A DNA stretch of 41,273 nucleotides from an uncultured Bacteroidota bacterium (GTDB lineage: Bacteria; CLD3; SB21): contig CAZJBS010000027.1 in NCBI GenBank assembly GCA_964544475.1, positions 1 to 41,273 on the forward strand, read 5' to 3'. This document shows positions 28,392 through 37,906 of this stretch, piece after piece. Each line of letters opens with the position of its first letter. The stretch's first letter is position 1. The position numbers and the translations under genes were made by a program. The notes below the pieces were generated by a model. It saw only the letters and a program-made list of their open reading frames with translations, did no database searches and was not told where the DNA came from.

Positions 28392-29777
28392 ATGATTCCC
28401 ATATCCATAGATACGCTGATGAAGTACAATGTGGCGGGCCCCCGTTACACAAGCTACCCTACGGCCCCCGATTGGAAAGGCCTTTTTGGTGTAGCTGAAT
28501 ACAACGATGCTCTCCGGTTATTGGCCGAAGCCGATGAGGACAGGCCGATTTCCATCTACGTGCACATCCCGTTCTGTTCTCAACGCTGTCTTTTCTGCGC
28601 GTGTAACGTCATCGTCCGCGAAGACCATCGTGACGCAGAACCGTATGTGCAATATCTTATCCGCGAGATCGAAATGGTTCGCCGGCAGGTGGGCCGGCAG
28701 AACAAAATTATTCAACTGCATTGGGGCGGAGGTACGCCGACGTTTTTGTCGGTCGAGCAGATCAAACGCATTTACACGACCCTGCAACGTCATTTTGAAA
28801 TCCTGCCCGATAGCGAAGTGGCCATCGAAATCGACCCTTGTGTGACATCCAATGAACAACTGGAACTCCTCAAAAGTTTAGGGTTCAACCGCGTCAGCAT
28901 GGGTGTGCAGGATTTCAACGAAGACACACAAAACGCCGTTCGACGGGTACAAGCCGAAGACCTTACGGCCAACATGGTCGACCACTGTCGCAAGATCGGC
29001 ATTGGCAGCATCAACCTCGATTTGATATACGGATTGCCCTATCAAACGGTCGAGACGTTCTCAGAAACCATACGGCGCATTCTCCAGATTTCCCCGGATC
29101 GTGTGGCCCTCTTCAGTTTCGCGCACGTGCCGTGGATCGTTCCGCACCAAAACCTGATGCCGTCGGAACATATGCCGGACGCGCGGCAAAAATTCGAAAT
29201 TTTCCTGGAAGCCCGGAATGCCTTTGCGCGAAGTGGCTATCGACACATCGGCATGGACCATTTTGCCAAACCCAACGATGCGATGACCAGGGCCCTGGAG
29301 CAAAAAAAGCTGCATCGCAATTTCATGGGTTATACACTCAAACCGGCCGACAATCTGATTGGATTGGGTATGACGTCTATTGGATACGTCTCCGAAGCAT
29401 TTGCACAGAATGAAAAAGTCATCCGCAAGTACTTCCGGCTCATCGATCAGGGGCAACTCCCGGTCGTAAAGGGATACAAACTGAACAACGATGATTTGCG
29501 GCGTCAGTTTGTCATCATGTCGCTCATGTGCAACTTTGAAGTCTCGCTCGTGGAGTTCCAGCGGCGCTTCGGAGATTCGTTTCCAGAGTACTTCCGCTCA
29601 GAGTTGCCGGACCTGATGCCGTTTGTAGAAGACGGGTTCATCACGATTTCCGAAGAGACCATTTCTGCCACAGAGATCGGCATGCTATTCATCCGCAACA
29701 TCGCCATGACGTTTGACCGCTTCCTGAGAGAAAAAGAGAAAAAGCAGGAACCCTTGCGCTATTCCAAGACCGTTTGA
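28392..29777 (+). CDS. hemN: Oxygen-independent coproporphyrinogen III oxidase (radical SAM, HemN)
   Basis: 461 aa. PRYTSYPTA N-terminal signature, CSQRCLFCACN (CxxxCxxC), GGGTPTFL. Confidence 0.9.
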   Translation: MIPISIDTLMKYNVAGPRYTSYPTAPDWKGLFGVAEYNDALRLLAEADEDRPISIYVHIPFCSQRCLFCACNVIVREDHRDAEPYVQYLIREIEMVRRQVGRQNKIIQLHWGGGTPTFLSVEQIKRIYTTLQRHFEILPDSEVAIEIDPCVTSNEQLELLKSLGFNRVSMGVQDFNEDTQNAVRRVQAEDLTANMVDHCRKIGIGSINLDLIYGLPYQTVETFSETIRRILQISPDRVALFSFAHVPWIVPHQNLMPSEHMPDARQKFEIFLEARNAFARSGYRHIGMDHFAKPNDAMTRALEQKKLHRNFMGYTLKPADNLIGLGMTSIGYVSEAFAQNEKVIRKYFRLIDQGQLPVVKGYKLNNDDLRRQFVIMSLMCNFEVSLVEFQRRFGDSFPEYFRSELPDLMPFVEDGFITISEETISATEIGMLFIRNIAMTFDRFLREKEKKQEPLRYSKTV

Positions 29778-29832
29778 CGACTATTTTTCTCGCCATGCCC
29801 TCCGATTTCAAACCACAGGAAGACCGCATTAG

Positions 29833-31530
29833 ATGAAAGCGTATCTTACGGCCCAGCTGCGCCAGGCTTTTGGCAAAATCAACATCGCTCCCCCCGACGA
29901 CATCGTATTCACAAAGACCAGGGATAAACAATTTGGCGACGTATCTACGAATGTCGCCATGACGCTGGCCAAATCGTTGAAAGCCCATCCGCGTGAATTG
30001 GCCTTGCAAATCATCGAGAGTCTCGAACTGGACCCCGATAAGATCATCAAAGCCGAAGTGGCCGGCGGAGGATTCATTAATTTCTTTTACCACGGCCATT
30101 ACCTGAACGATCAACTCCGAGCCATACTTCAATCCGCCGAAGGGCACGGCAAGCACATGCTCCCCGCGCCCCGCCGCGTGAATGTCGAATTTGTGAGCGC
30201 CAATCCGACGGGCCCTTTATCCATCGGCCATGGGCGTCAGGCCGTGCTCGGCGACGTCATTTGCCGCATCCTGTCCAATGCGGGATGCCAGGTCACCCGC
30301 GAGTACTATTTCAACAATGCCGGAGCCCAGATGAAACGACTCGGTGAGAGCGTTCGCCTGAGGTACCTTGAGCTTCTGGGAGAAAAGATCGCATTTCCGG
30401 ACAAACATTATGAAGGCGAGTACCTCATCGAAATCGCACGGTCCATCATGGCTGCCCATGGCGAATCCTGGCGCCACTTTGATTACGTGCCGTTCAAGGA
30501 TACGGCGGAATCCGTTCTCTTCGCCCAGATCAAGACTGTTTTGCACAGACTGGGACTCGATTTTGATGTTTACTATAACGAGGACACCCTTTATAAGGAG
30601 GGTCGGATTGAGCGGATTGTGCAGGCCTTCAAAGAAAGAAGGCTCACCTATGAACAGGAAGGCGCGTTGTGGCTGAAGACATCTCAGATTCAGTATGATT
30701 TTGGTTCGCCGCCAGAGAATGACAAAGTGATCGTCAAGGCCACCGGCGAGCCTACGTATCGTTTGCCGGATATGGCTTATCATATCACCAAATTCGAGCG
30801 GGGTTTCGACCAGATTGTCGATATTTTCGGCGCCGATCACATTGCCGAATACCCCGACGTTTTGGCCGGACTCCAGGCGCTGGGTTATGATACGTCAAAG
30901 ATTCGTGTGCTCATTCACCAGTTTGTGACCCTGATGAAGGAAGGGGAAGTATTGAAGATGTCGAAGCGTCTGGCGAATTATGTTACCATCGACGAAATGT
31001 TGGACCTCCTGGGCGCGGATGTCCTTCGATATTTTCTCATCATGCGAAGCCACCATTCCCACCTGAATTTTGATCTGGAGCTTGCCCAGAAGCAGACCAT
31101 GGACAATCCGGCCTACTATGTGCAGAATGCTCATGCCCGCATTTGTTCTATCGAAGCCAAAGCAATTTCCAAAGGACTGAACTTGGCTAATATAGACCAA
31201 GCCGATCTTGGCCGATTGAATGCCCGACCGGAGCATGATATCATCAGCAAATTGATGGAATTCCCTGATCTCACCGAGCGATTGGCGCGAACGCTGGAGG
31301 CCCACCCTCTTACGACGTACCTGGAGGAACTGGCCGGACTGTATCATCATTACCAGACGGCCGGAAAGAAAGATGACCGCCTGCGCGTGATCACGCCTGA
31401 TGAAGGTCTGACCTATGCGCGCCTGGCGTTGTGCAGGGCCACCAGACTGACGCTGGCGAACGGACTTCAATTACTGGGAGTGTCTGCTCCGACCTACATG
31501 AAACGTCTCGAGGGGGAAACGGAAGACTGA
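29833..31530 (+). CDS. argS: Arginine--tRNA ligase
   Basis: 565 aa. N-terminal add-1 domain, class I HIGH-type motif SANPTGPLSIGHGR, KMSK-region equivalent (VLKMSKR), DALR anticodon-binding C-terminus. Confidence 0.9.
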   Translation: MKAYLTAQLRQAFGKINIAPPDDIVFTKTRDKQFGDVSTNVAMTLAKSLKAHPRELALQIIESLELDPDKIIKAEVAGGGFINFFYHGHYLNDQLRAILQSAEGHGKHMLPAPRRVNVEFVSANPTGPLSIGHGRQAVLGDVICRILSNAGCQVTREYYFNNAGAQMKRLGESVRLRYLELLGEKIAFPDKHYEGEYLIEIARSIMAAHGESWRHFDYVPFKDTAESVLFAQIKTVLHRLGLDFDVYYNEDTLYKEGRIERIVQAFKERRLTYEQEGALWLKTSQIQYDFGSPPENDKVIVKATGEPTYRLPDMAYHITKFERGFDQIVDIFGADHIAEYPDVLAGLQALGYDTSKIRVLIHQFVTLMKEGEVLKMSKRLANYVTIDEMLDLLGADVLRYFLIMRSHHSHLNFDLELAQKQTMDNPAYYVQNAHARICSIEAKAISKGLNLANIDQADLGRLNARPEHDIISKLMEFPDLTERLARTLEAHPLTTYLEELAGLYHHYQTAGKKDDRLRVITPDEGLTYARLALCRATRLTLANGLQLLGVSAPTYMKRLEGETED

Positions 31531-31545
31531 CCGTTGCGGCAGATT

Positions 31546-32133
31546 TTAGGAATCCGGAAGCTTGCTTACGATGACTTTTGCGTGACGGATGACTTTGTCG
31601 TTCAGGAAATAGCCCTTCTCATGTTCGTCGATCACCGTGTTCGGTTCGACGTCCGTCCGGACGATTTGCATCAGCGCGTCGTGAAGATTCGGATCCAACA
31701 ATTTGCCGACGGACTCCATGGCCTGCAGACCCTTTGACTGAAGCACCTTCATCAACTTGCCACTGATGATCTCCAGTCCCTGAATAAACTGTTCGATATG
31801 CTTGTCCTCGGTCTGCCATTCGCGTGCCGCTTTTATGCCTCGTTCCATATCGTCAATGACCGGCAGCAACTCCGTGATCATCTTCTCGCCTGCGTTTTGG
31901 GTAATCTGGGTGATTTCACGCTGGCTCCGCTTGCGATAATTGTCAAATTCAGCCAGGGTTCTCAGCAATTGGTCATTCAGGATACCCACTTGCTGGCGGA
32001 GTGCTTCCAATTCGGTCTGTCCCTTGCCTTCGGGTGCCTCCTCGGATACGACGGGTTCCTGGACCGCGCCGGCCTCCAGTGGCTCGATTGTTTCTGGCAT
32101 GTCTTCCACGTGATTTGTGTTCTGTTCTTCCAT
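31546..32133 (-). CDS. grpE: Nucleotide exchange factor GrpE
   Basis: 195 aa. LRTLAEFDNYRKR signature, acidic N-terminus. Confidence 0.9.
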   Translation of the reverse strand: MEEQNTNHVEDMPETIEPLEAGAVQEPVVSEEAPEGKGQTELEALRQQVGILNDQLLRTLAEFDNYRKRSQREITQITQNAGEKMITELLPVIDDMERGIKAAREWQTEDKHIEQFIQGLEIISGKLMKVLQSKGLQAMESVGKLLDPNLHDALMQIVRTDVEPNTVIDEHEKGYFLNDKVIRHAKVIVSKLPDS

Positions 32134-32141
32134 CGTCCTGC

Positions 32142-33197
32142 CTATGCCGGGTTCAGAGCTTTTCCGAGTAATTGAGCCGTGCGATCCACCAAAGGAATGA
32201 TCTTGCCATAGGGCATCCGCCGCGGACCCACGACACCCACGACGCCGTACACACCGCCGACACCATAGTGGGCAGTGACAATGCTGACACCGGGGATATC
32301 GGTTCCATTCTCGGTTCCGATGGTCACACCAACGCCCGGATTAACGGCCCGGCCGGTGAGGTGGTCCACAAGGCGGTCGCTGTCTTCCAGCATTTGAATA
32401 ATCCGCATGGCTTCGTTTTGGCCGGCAAAATCCGGCTTTGCCAGAATGTTGCCCGCACCGGCATAATTCAGCGCGTGTCGCCCGTCGAAATTGAACAATA
32501 GATCCGATGCATTGAGCAAAAGCCTGACAAATCCTCTTTGGTTGTCTTCAAAACGATGGGGCAGATCCTTGAGACGTGCGTCAATCGTGCGGCGGATTTC
32601 CGCCACGGTCAGTCCGCTCAAACGTTCGTTGAGGACACCCCGAATGTCCAACAGGTATTCCCTCGACAGCCGTGCCTGGGCCTCGAGGACGACGGTCTTG
32701 AGCACGCCGGTTTTCAACGTCAACTCGATCAGGATGCGCCCGCCGGAAATGTCCAACAAATCGAGCTTTTCCAACACACCAAGATTGAACCGAGGCGACA
32801 ATATGATGCCGAGTTCATTTGAAATCCTGGCCAATGCACGCGATGTGTAAAACAAAATCTCTTCCACGCCATCCGCTATACCTGTGATACGTTCGCGAAC
32901 CTGACTGACCGCCGCTTGTATGGCCGCTTCCTCCTCCGCGCTTAGCGTTTCAGGATCCAGCATCGCGTCGACGTACGCCCGATATCCCAGATCCGTCGGT
33001 ATCCTGCCAGCGGACTTATGCGGATGTCCAAGATATCCTTTTTCCTCCAGGTCGGCCATGATGTTTCGGATTGTGGCCGGGCTGGATTCGAAGGGCAGCT
33101 GTTTTGAGAGCAAACGGGAGCCGACAGGCGCACCGCTATGAATGTGGTGACGCACCACGTACTTCAGGACAAGTTTTTCGCGTTCTTCTTGATTCAT
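32142..33197 (-). CDS. hrcA: Heat-inducible transcription repressor HrcA
   Basis: PVGSRLLSK...ATIRNIMADLEEKGYLGHPHKSAGRIPT N-terminal winged helix. Start taken at MNQEERE (33197); the ORF is open to 33227. 8-nt gap to grpE. Confidence 0.9.
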   Translation of the reverse strand: MNQEEREKLVLKYVVRHHIHSGAPVGSRLLSKQLPFESSPATIRNIMADLEEKGYLGHPHKSAGRIPTDLGYRAYVDAMLDPETLSAEEEAAIQAAVSQVRERITGIADGVEEILFYTSRALARISNELGIILSPRFNLGVLEKLDLLDISGGRILIELTLKTGVLKTVVLEAQARLSREYLLDIRGVLNERLSGLTVAEIRRTIDARLKDLPHRFEDNQRGFVRLLLNASDLLFNFDGRHALNYAGAGNILAKPDFAGQNEAMRIIQMLEDSDRLVDHLTGRAVNPGVGVTIGTENGTDIPGVSIVTAHYGVGGVYGVVGVVGPRRMPYGKIIPLVDRTAQLLGKALNPA

Positions 33198-33387
33198 ATT
33201 CCAATCCCACAGAGCCTTCGAAATCAATGGCCGCGGGCCTCTATCGATCTTTCATGCCGGCGAAAACATAGCAAAAATCTCCCCGTTTGTCAAGGTATCC
33301 CTCCCGATCGGTCATCGCAACCTTTTGGGGGACCATCCGTATGATTCCATCACAGCTTTCACAACTTTGAAAAATGGAGTGGATAAC

Positions 33388-34077
33388 ATGACGGAGGAAA
33401 CGGTCGCCCGGACCTGGCAACGATCCCAACAGGACAGGATGCTCGCCGGCGTCTGCGGAGGATTGGCCGATTATGCTGGAGCATCCTCTACGCTTGTTCG
33501 GCTTTTGTGGGTCTGTTTTGTATTTGTGAGTGGCGTCGGCGTCGTGGCTTACGTTGCCGCGATGATTCTGGTACCAAAGGGCCCGGAGGCCACGTTGACC
33601 GGGCCTTTTTCAACGGTCCATACGTCACGCTCCGGCGCCAATCAAAGCATGTTTTGGGGCGTTCTTTTGGTTATTTTTGGCTCCGTGTTGTTCCTTGATC
33701 AAATGGACATCACCCGGTTTCGTCACGTATGGCATCACTGGCCTGGGGATCTACTGTGGCCGGCTGTTCTCGTACTGACCGGTTTGGTGTTGATCTTTGG
33801 AGTATTTCGTCACGACGTCATCGGAGACGGGTTAGGGAAAATGGCAGATCTTTCGGGGTTTCGCAGGAGGTCAGCCGGCAAGAAGATATGGGGAGTGTGC
33901 GGCGGCATGGCAGACAAGACGGGCATTGATGTCAATGCGATCCGGGTAGTTTGGGTGGTTCTGACTTTTGCGTCATTTCCAGTCGGAATCTTTTTGTACC
34001 TTGTGATCGGCGTATTGACCGGTGATGAACAAGGTCGACGGGTATTCGGTCATTCGGTTACCTCCAAGTCGATGTAA
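33388..34077 (+). CDS. PspC-domain membrane protein (two PspC repeats)
   Basis: RMLAGVCGGLADY...RLLWV and KKIWGVCGGMADKTGIDVNAIRVVWVV PspC motifs, each followed by TM helices. Start at MTEETVAR; the ORF is open from 33325. Confidence 0.8.
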   Translation: MTEETVARTWQRSQQDRMLAGVCGGLADYAGASSTLVRLLWVCFVFVSGVGVVAYVAAMILVPKGPEATLTGPFSTVHTSRSGANQSMFWGVLLVIFGSVLFLDQMDITRFRHVWHHWPGDLLWPAVLVLTGLVLIFGVFRHDVIGDGLGKMADLSGFRRRSAGKKIWGVCGGMADKTGIDVNAIRVVWVVLTFASFPVGIFLYLVIGVLTGDEQGRRVFGHSVTSKSM

Positions 34078-34081
34078 TCCC

Positions 34082-34639
34082 ATGAATGCTCTGACCTCCG
34101 ATCTGGCGCCTACCGGGAGCACACAGCCGGCATCCACCCCTTTCCGCAGATCCACGAAACAGCTTTCGGGCGGATTGTGGTTGATCACGCTGGGGCTGCT
34201 TTGGCTCCTGTGGAATTTCAGAACCATACACTGGCCATGGATGGAGTCGTACGGATTCGTGATCGTCGGCGCGGTCTTCCTTTTTCAGACGATCGCCAGC
34301 CGCCGATACCGGCTCCTGTTGGGGTCATGGTTTATACTGATCGGTCTTTTTCACATCTTGATATCGTACACCGATTTTCGAATTCGTGAAATATGGCCCG
34401 TCTACGTCATTTTGACCGGACTGGCTTTTTTCATACACTTCGCCGCGGACCCTCGCCGCTGGTTCTCCCTGTTGTGTGGTATGTTGGGTGCGGGATTTGG
34501 CGCCGTCTACTTGTCCAGAACGCTTTTTCTGCTCCCCCACCATGTCGCCCAGGCACTCCTGTCGTATTGGCCGCTTAGTTTTGTGGCGGCCGGTCTTGTC
34601 ATGATCGCTGTGGCGCTGTGGCATCAACGAAAGAAATAG
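34082..34639 (+). CDS. Hypothetical polytopic membrane protein downstream of PspC (LiaF-N-like?)
   Basis: Start 4 nt after the PspC stop. Five or more hydrophobic helices (LWLITLGLLWLLWNF, FVIVGAVFLFQ, WFILIGLFHILI, VYVILTGLAFFIHF, SFVAAGLVMIAVALW). The ORF is open from 34022. Confidence 0.55.
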   Translation: MNALTSDLAPTGSTQPASTPFRRSTKQLSGGLWLITLGLLWLLWNFRTIHWPWMESYGFVIVGAVFLFQTIASRRYRLLLGSWFILIGLFHILISYTDFRIREIWPVYVILTGLAFFIHFAADPRRWFSLLCGMLGAGFGAVYLSRTLFLLPHHVAQALLSYWPLSFVAAGLVMIAVALWHQRKK

Positions 34640-34641
34640 AC

Positions 34642-34669
34642 TTGACTATGCCTTAGCGTGGCTTATATT
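34642..34669 (+). promoter_or_regulatory. Sigma70-type promoter upstream of yhbY
   Basis: TTGACT (34642-34647), 16-nt spacer, TATATT (34664-34669). Confidence 0.5.
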
Positions 34670-34703
34670 GCTGGCCATGTAAAACCTGATAGGGAAACCA
34701 GCC

Positions 34704-35003
34704 ATGATGAGCCTCACCGGCAAGCAGAAACGATTTCTTCGGGGATTGGGCCATTCCATCAAATCGTCGACGATGGTCGGCAAAAGCGGTCTCACAGCCA
34801 ACACCATCTCATCGGCCAACGAAGCCTTCAACACCCGCGAATTGATCAAGGTCAAGATTCAGGACGGATGTCCGATTGACAAAAACGATGTTGCGGAAGC
34901 GATTGCGGAGGCCACAGGTGCGAGTATTGTTCAGATTCTTGGAAACACGATATTATTCTTCAAAAGGGACCATCAAAAGCCGATCATCGAATTGCCCGAC
35001 TAA
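34704..35003 (+). CDS. yhbY: Ribosome assembly RNA-binding protein YhbY (CRM domain)
   Basis: 99 aa. LTGKQKRFLRGLGHSIK...VGKSGLT...ELIKVKI matches the YhbY/CRS1 family. Confidence 0.85.
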   Translation: MMSLTGKQKRFLRGLGHSIKSSTMVGKSGLTANTISSANEAFNTRELIKVKIQDGCPIDKNDVAEAIAEATGASIVQILGNTILFFKRDHQKPIIELPD

Positions 35004-35467
35004 CCCTCAAGACTCTTTTCTTCTGTTTGAATGATCGTCATGGCTTCGCTGGCATCTTTCGACTCTATCAGCTTCCTGCGAAAGGCGGCTTGATTCAGCA
35101 GACGAGAAATCCGCGACAACATCTTGATATGGGCGCTGGACGATTTCTCAGGACCCACGAGCATAAAGACAATTCGAACCGGCTTCCCGTCCAACGCTTC
35201 AAAATTGACATCCTGAGGCGTGATACCAAGGGCCACCGCGATGTCGATCACACCGGCCGACTTGCCATGGGGAATGGCAACACTGTTTCCGATGCCGGTG
35301 CTCATCATTTGCTCCCGCTCGAGAACCGCCTGCATGATTTTGGCCTTGTCGGCGATCTTGCCGTGAACGTCCAACAGATCAATCAATTCGGTGATGATGT
35401 CTCTCTTGGTCGTTCCCACCAATGGAATACGAACCAGATTTTCCGCCAAAACATCTCCGAGTCTCAT
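35000..35467 (-). CDS. ptsN: PTS EIIA (fructose/mannitol/Ntr family), probable nitrogen-regulatory PtsN
   Basis: Start at MRLGDVL with an AGGAG RBS. Active-site region GIGNSVAIPHGK. About 155 aa. The ORF is open to 35494. Confidence 0.7.
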   Translation of the reverse strand: MRLGDVLAENLVRIPLVGTTKRDIITELIDLLDVHGKIADKAKIMQAVLEREQMMSTGIGNSVAIPHGKSAGVIDIAVALGITPQDVNFEALDGKPVRIVFMLVGPEKSSSAHIKMLSRISRLLNQAAFRRKLIESKDASEAMTIIQTEEKSLEG

Positions 35468-35475
35468 GGTAGCTC

Positions 35476-36370
35476 CTACGCCGTAAATTGACACATTTCC
35501 CTGAACGCCAGAACCCGGCCATAAATATCATCGTATTTCAGATTTTCGAGCGCGCGGACACTGAAGTCCTGTACACAAAATGACGCCATGGCACTGCCGT
35601 AGACCACGGCCCTTCGCATGTTTTCGGCGCTCGTATCGTCGGTCTTTGCCAGGTATCCTACAAAGCCGCCCGCGAAAGTATCCCCGGCGCCGGTTGGATC
35701 GTAGACATTCTCCAATGGATAGGCCGGCACAGAAAAGTGCAAGCCATCCGCCACCAACGTCGCTCCATATTCGCCTTTTTTGATTACAATCGCCTTGGGT
35801 CCCATCTGGTGTATGGCCTTTGCCGCTTTGACCAGATTCGGCTGATTGGCCAACTGGCGTGCTTCGGAATCATTCAGCACACAAATGTCCACACGTTCCA
35901 ATGTCCTGCGCAGGGCTTTCTGACTGCCTTCAATCCAGTAATTCATCGTATCCAAAACAACCAGTTTGGGTTGGCGTACCTGCTCCAGGACGTCGAACTG
36001 AAGTTCGGGCGCGATATTGCCCAGAAAGACATAACGGGCATCCCGACAGGCCGCCGGAATGATGGGCTTGAAATCCTGGAAAACGTTGAGGTGAGTGTAG
36101 ATCGTATCCCTCTGATTGAGATCATAGTTGTATCGACCGGCCCACCGGAATGTTTCTCCCGGCACAACTTGCAGGCCGCTGAAATCGACGTGTCGATTCT
36201 TCAGAAACTCGATCCGATCCATCGGATAATCGTTACCCACAACTGCCACGAGGTTAACCGGTGAAAAGTAGCTGGCCGATGCGCTGAAATAAGTGGCCGA
36301 TCCTCCGATTTCTTCCTCGACTTTACCAAACGGCGTTTCCACCGAGTCCAACGCCACTGAACCGACCGCC
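35476..36370 (-). CDS. PfkB family carbohydrate kinase (ribokinase-like)
   Basis: DPTGAGDTFAGGF anion-hole motif. N-terminal ILAVGSVALD. Inferred GTG start at 36370 with GGAG 7 nt upstream; the ORF track extends to 36522, but the first 50 aa look non-native. Confidence 0.75.
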
Positions 36371-36616
36371 AAAATGCTCACAATCCGACTCCGTGTTCCA
36401 CGTGATGATGCCAAAAACGCGATGAATGTAGAAAAGGGCCTCAGTAAAGTCAACAGGATTTCAGAACGTTCTCTGCGGCCTTCAGCGGTCAGACCAACCT
36501 GCGTAACCAAGGTTGAGTGCACGCCACATCAGGTGGCGCCACACCGGCGGCCATTTCACCTTGATTCGGATGAACCGGTTTTGTATTTTCAGCCAAAATT
36601 TGTTGGAAATGGAATC

Positions 36617-37906
36617 ATGCTGAACCTTACGAAATCCGAAAAACTCTTTGCGGAAGCCAAACAACTCATGCCTGGCGGTGTTAATTCACCGGTACGGGCC
36701 TTCTTGTCCGTAGGCGGAACACCTCCGTTCATCAAGAAGGGTGAAGGAGCCATCATCACCGACGAGGATGGCAACCGGTATGTCGATTTCTGCAATTCAT
36801 GGGGCCCCTTGATATTCGGGCATGCCCACCCTGCGATTCTGAAGGCGATTCGCGAGGCGGCAGAAAACGGCACCAGTTTCGGAACGCCGTGTCAGTACGA
36901 AGTGGAACTCGCCCGCCTGATCGTTACGCGTGTCAAACACATTGACATGATCCGTTTTGTCAATTCCGGCACGGAAGCGGTCATGTCCGCGTTGCGACTG
37001 GCAAGGGCCTTCACCGGGCGTGACAAAATCGTGAAATTCGAAGGTTGTTATCACGGCCACTCGGATATGATGCTGGTGAACGCCGGTTCGGGTCTGGCCA
37101 CGTTTGGCATATCCTCATCGCTGGGCGTACCGTCGGAAACGGCGCGCAATACAGCCGTGTTGCCGCTCGATGACGAAACTACCGTGACGCAATTCATGGA
37201 GAAGCATGGCAAGGACATTGCCGCCATTGCCATCGAACCGATCCCGGCCAACAACGGACTGCTTATACAGCGATTGGAGTTCCTTAAGACACTCCGGTCA
37301 TTGTGCGACCGGTTTGGCACGGTCCTTATTTTTGACGAAGTCATTTCAGGATTCCGAGTGCAGTTTGATGGCGCGGCCGGTTATTATGGTATTTTCCCTG
37401 ACCTGGTCACGTATGGCAAAATCATCGGCGGCGGGCTGCCGGTCGGCGCTTATGCCGGACGTAGAGACCTTATGAAGATGGTAGCGCCGGTCGGCAAAAT
37501 GTATCAGGCCGGCACGCTGTCCGGAAATCCTCTGGCCATGGCCGCCGGCATTGCCCAGCTTGACATGCTCAAGGATGGCTCGGTGTACCGGAGTCTGGAG
37601 GAGAAGGGTCGCCACTTGGAGGAAGCCCTATCGGCCATCGTCCGGAAGCACAATTACCCGATCACGCTTTCGCGGTTCTGCTCCATTTTCTGGTTGTGTT
37701 TTGACCGCAAAGCCGTTCGTCGGGCTTCCGACATCGATCCGACCACGATGACGCATTACAAGACCATGCACCGATTCATGCTGGAAAACGGTGTTTACCT
37801 GGCGCCGTCGGGCTATGAGGTTGGATTTCTATCCGATGCCCACACCCACGAACACCTGGATACCACGGTGGCCCTGATGGCCAGGGTGTGGAAGGATATT
37901 TTTTGA
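36617..37906 (+). CDS. hemL: Glutamate-1-semialdehyde 2,1-aminomutase
   Basis: Start at MLNLTKSEKLFAEAKQLMPGGVNSPVRAF (classic HemL N-terminus). PLP lysine region YGKIIGGG. The ORF track's upstream extension from 36293 is not native. Confidence 0.95.
   Translation: MLNLTKSEKLFAEAKQLMPGGVNSPVRAFLSVGGTPPFIKKGEGAIITDEDGNRYVDFCNSWGPLIFGHAHPAILKAIREAAENGTSFGTPCQYEVELARLIVTRVKHIDMIRFVNSGTEAVMSALRLARAFTGRDKIVKFEGCYHGHSDMMLVNAGSGLATFGISSSLGVPSETARNTAVLPLDDETTVTQFMEKHGKDIAAIAIEPIPANNGLLIQRLEFLKTLRSLCDRFGTVLIFDEVISGFRVQFDGAAGYYGIFPDLVTYGKIIGGGLPVGAYAGRRDLMKMVAPVGKMYQAGTLSGNPLAMAAGIAQLDMLKDGSVYRSLEEKGRHLEEALSAIVRKHNYPITLSRFCSIFWLCFDRKAVRRASDIDPTTMTHYKTMHRFMLENGVYLAPSGYEVGFLSDAHTHEHLDTTVALMARVWKDIF

Noticed and set aside
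27505-28452. 315-aa minus-strand ORF
   Set aside because: Antisense to prfB, whose identity is secured by the frameshift site and GGQ/SPF motifs.
36371-36522. N-terminal 50-aa extension of the PfkB kinase ORF
   Set aside because: The conserved kinase N-terminus (SILAVGSVALD) begins at a GTG with GGAG 7 nt upstream. The upstream residues are non-conserved, Arg/Ser-rich and lack an RBS.
36293-36616. N-terminal extension of the hemL ORF in the track (start 36293)
   Set aside because: The native HemL N-terminus (MLNLTKSEKLFAEAKQLMPGGVNSPVRAF) begins at 36617. The upstream 108 codons are not HemL-like and would run into the divergent kinase gene's promoter region.
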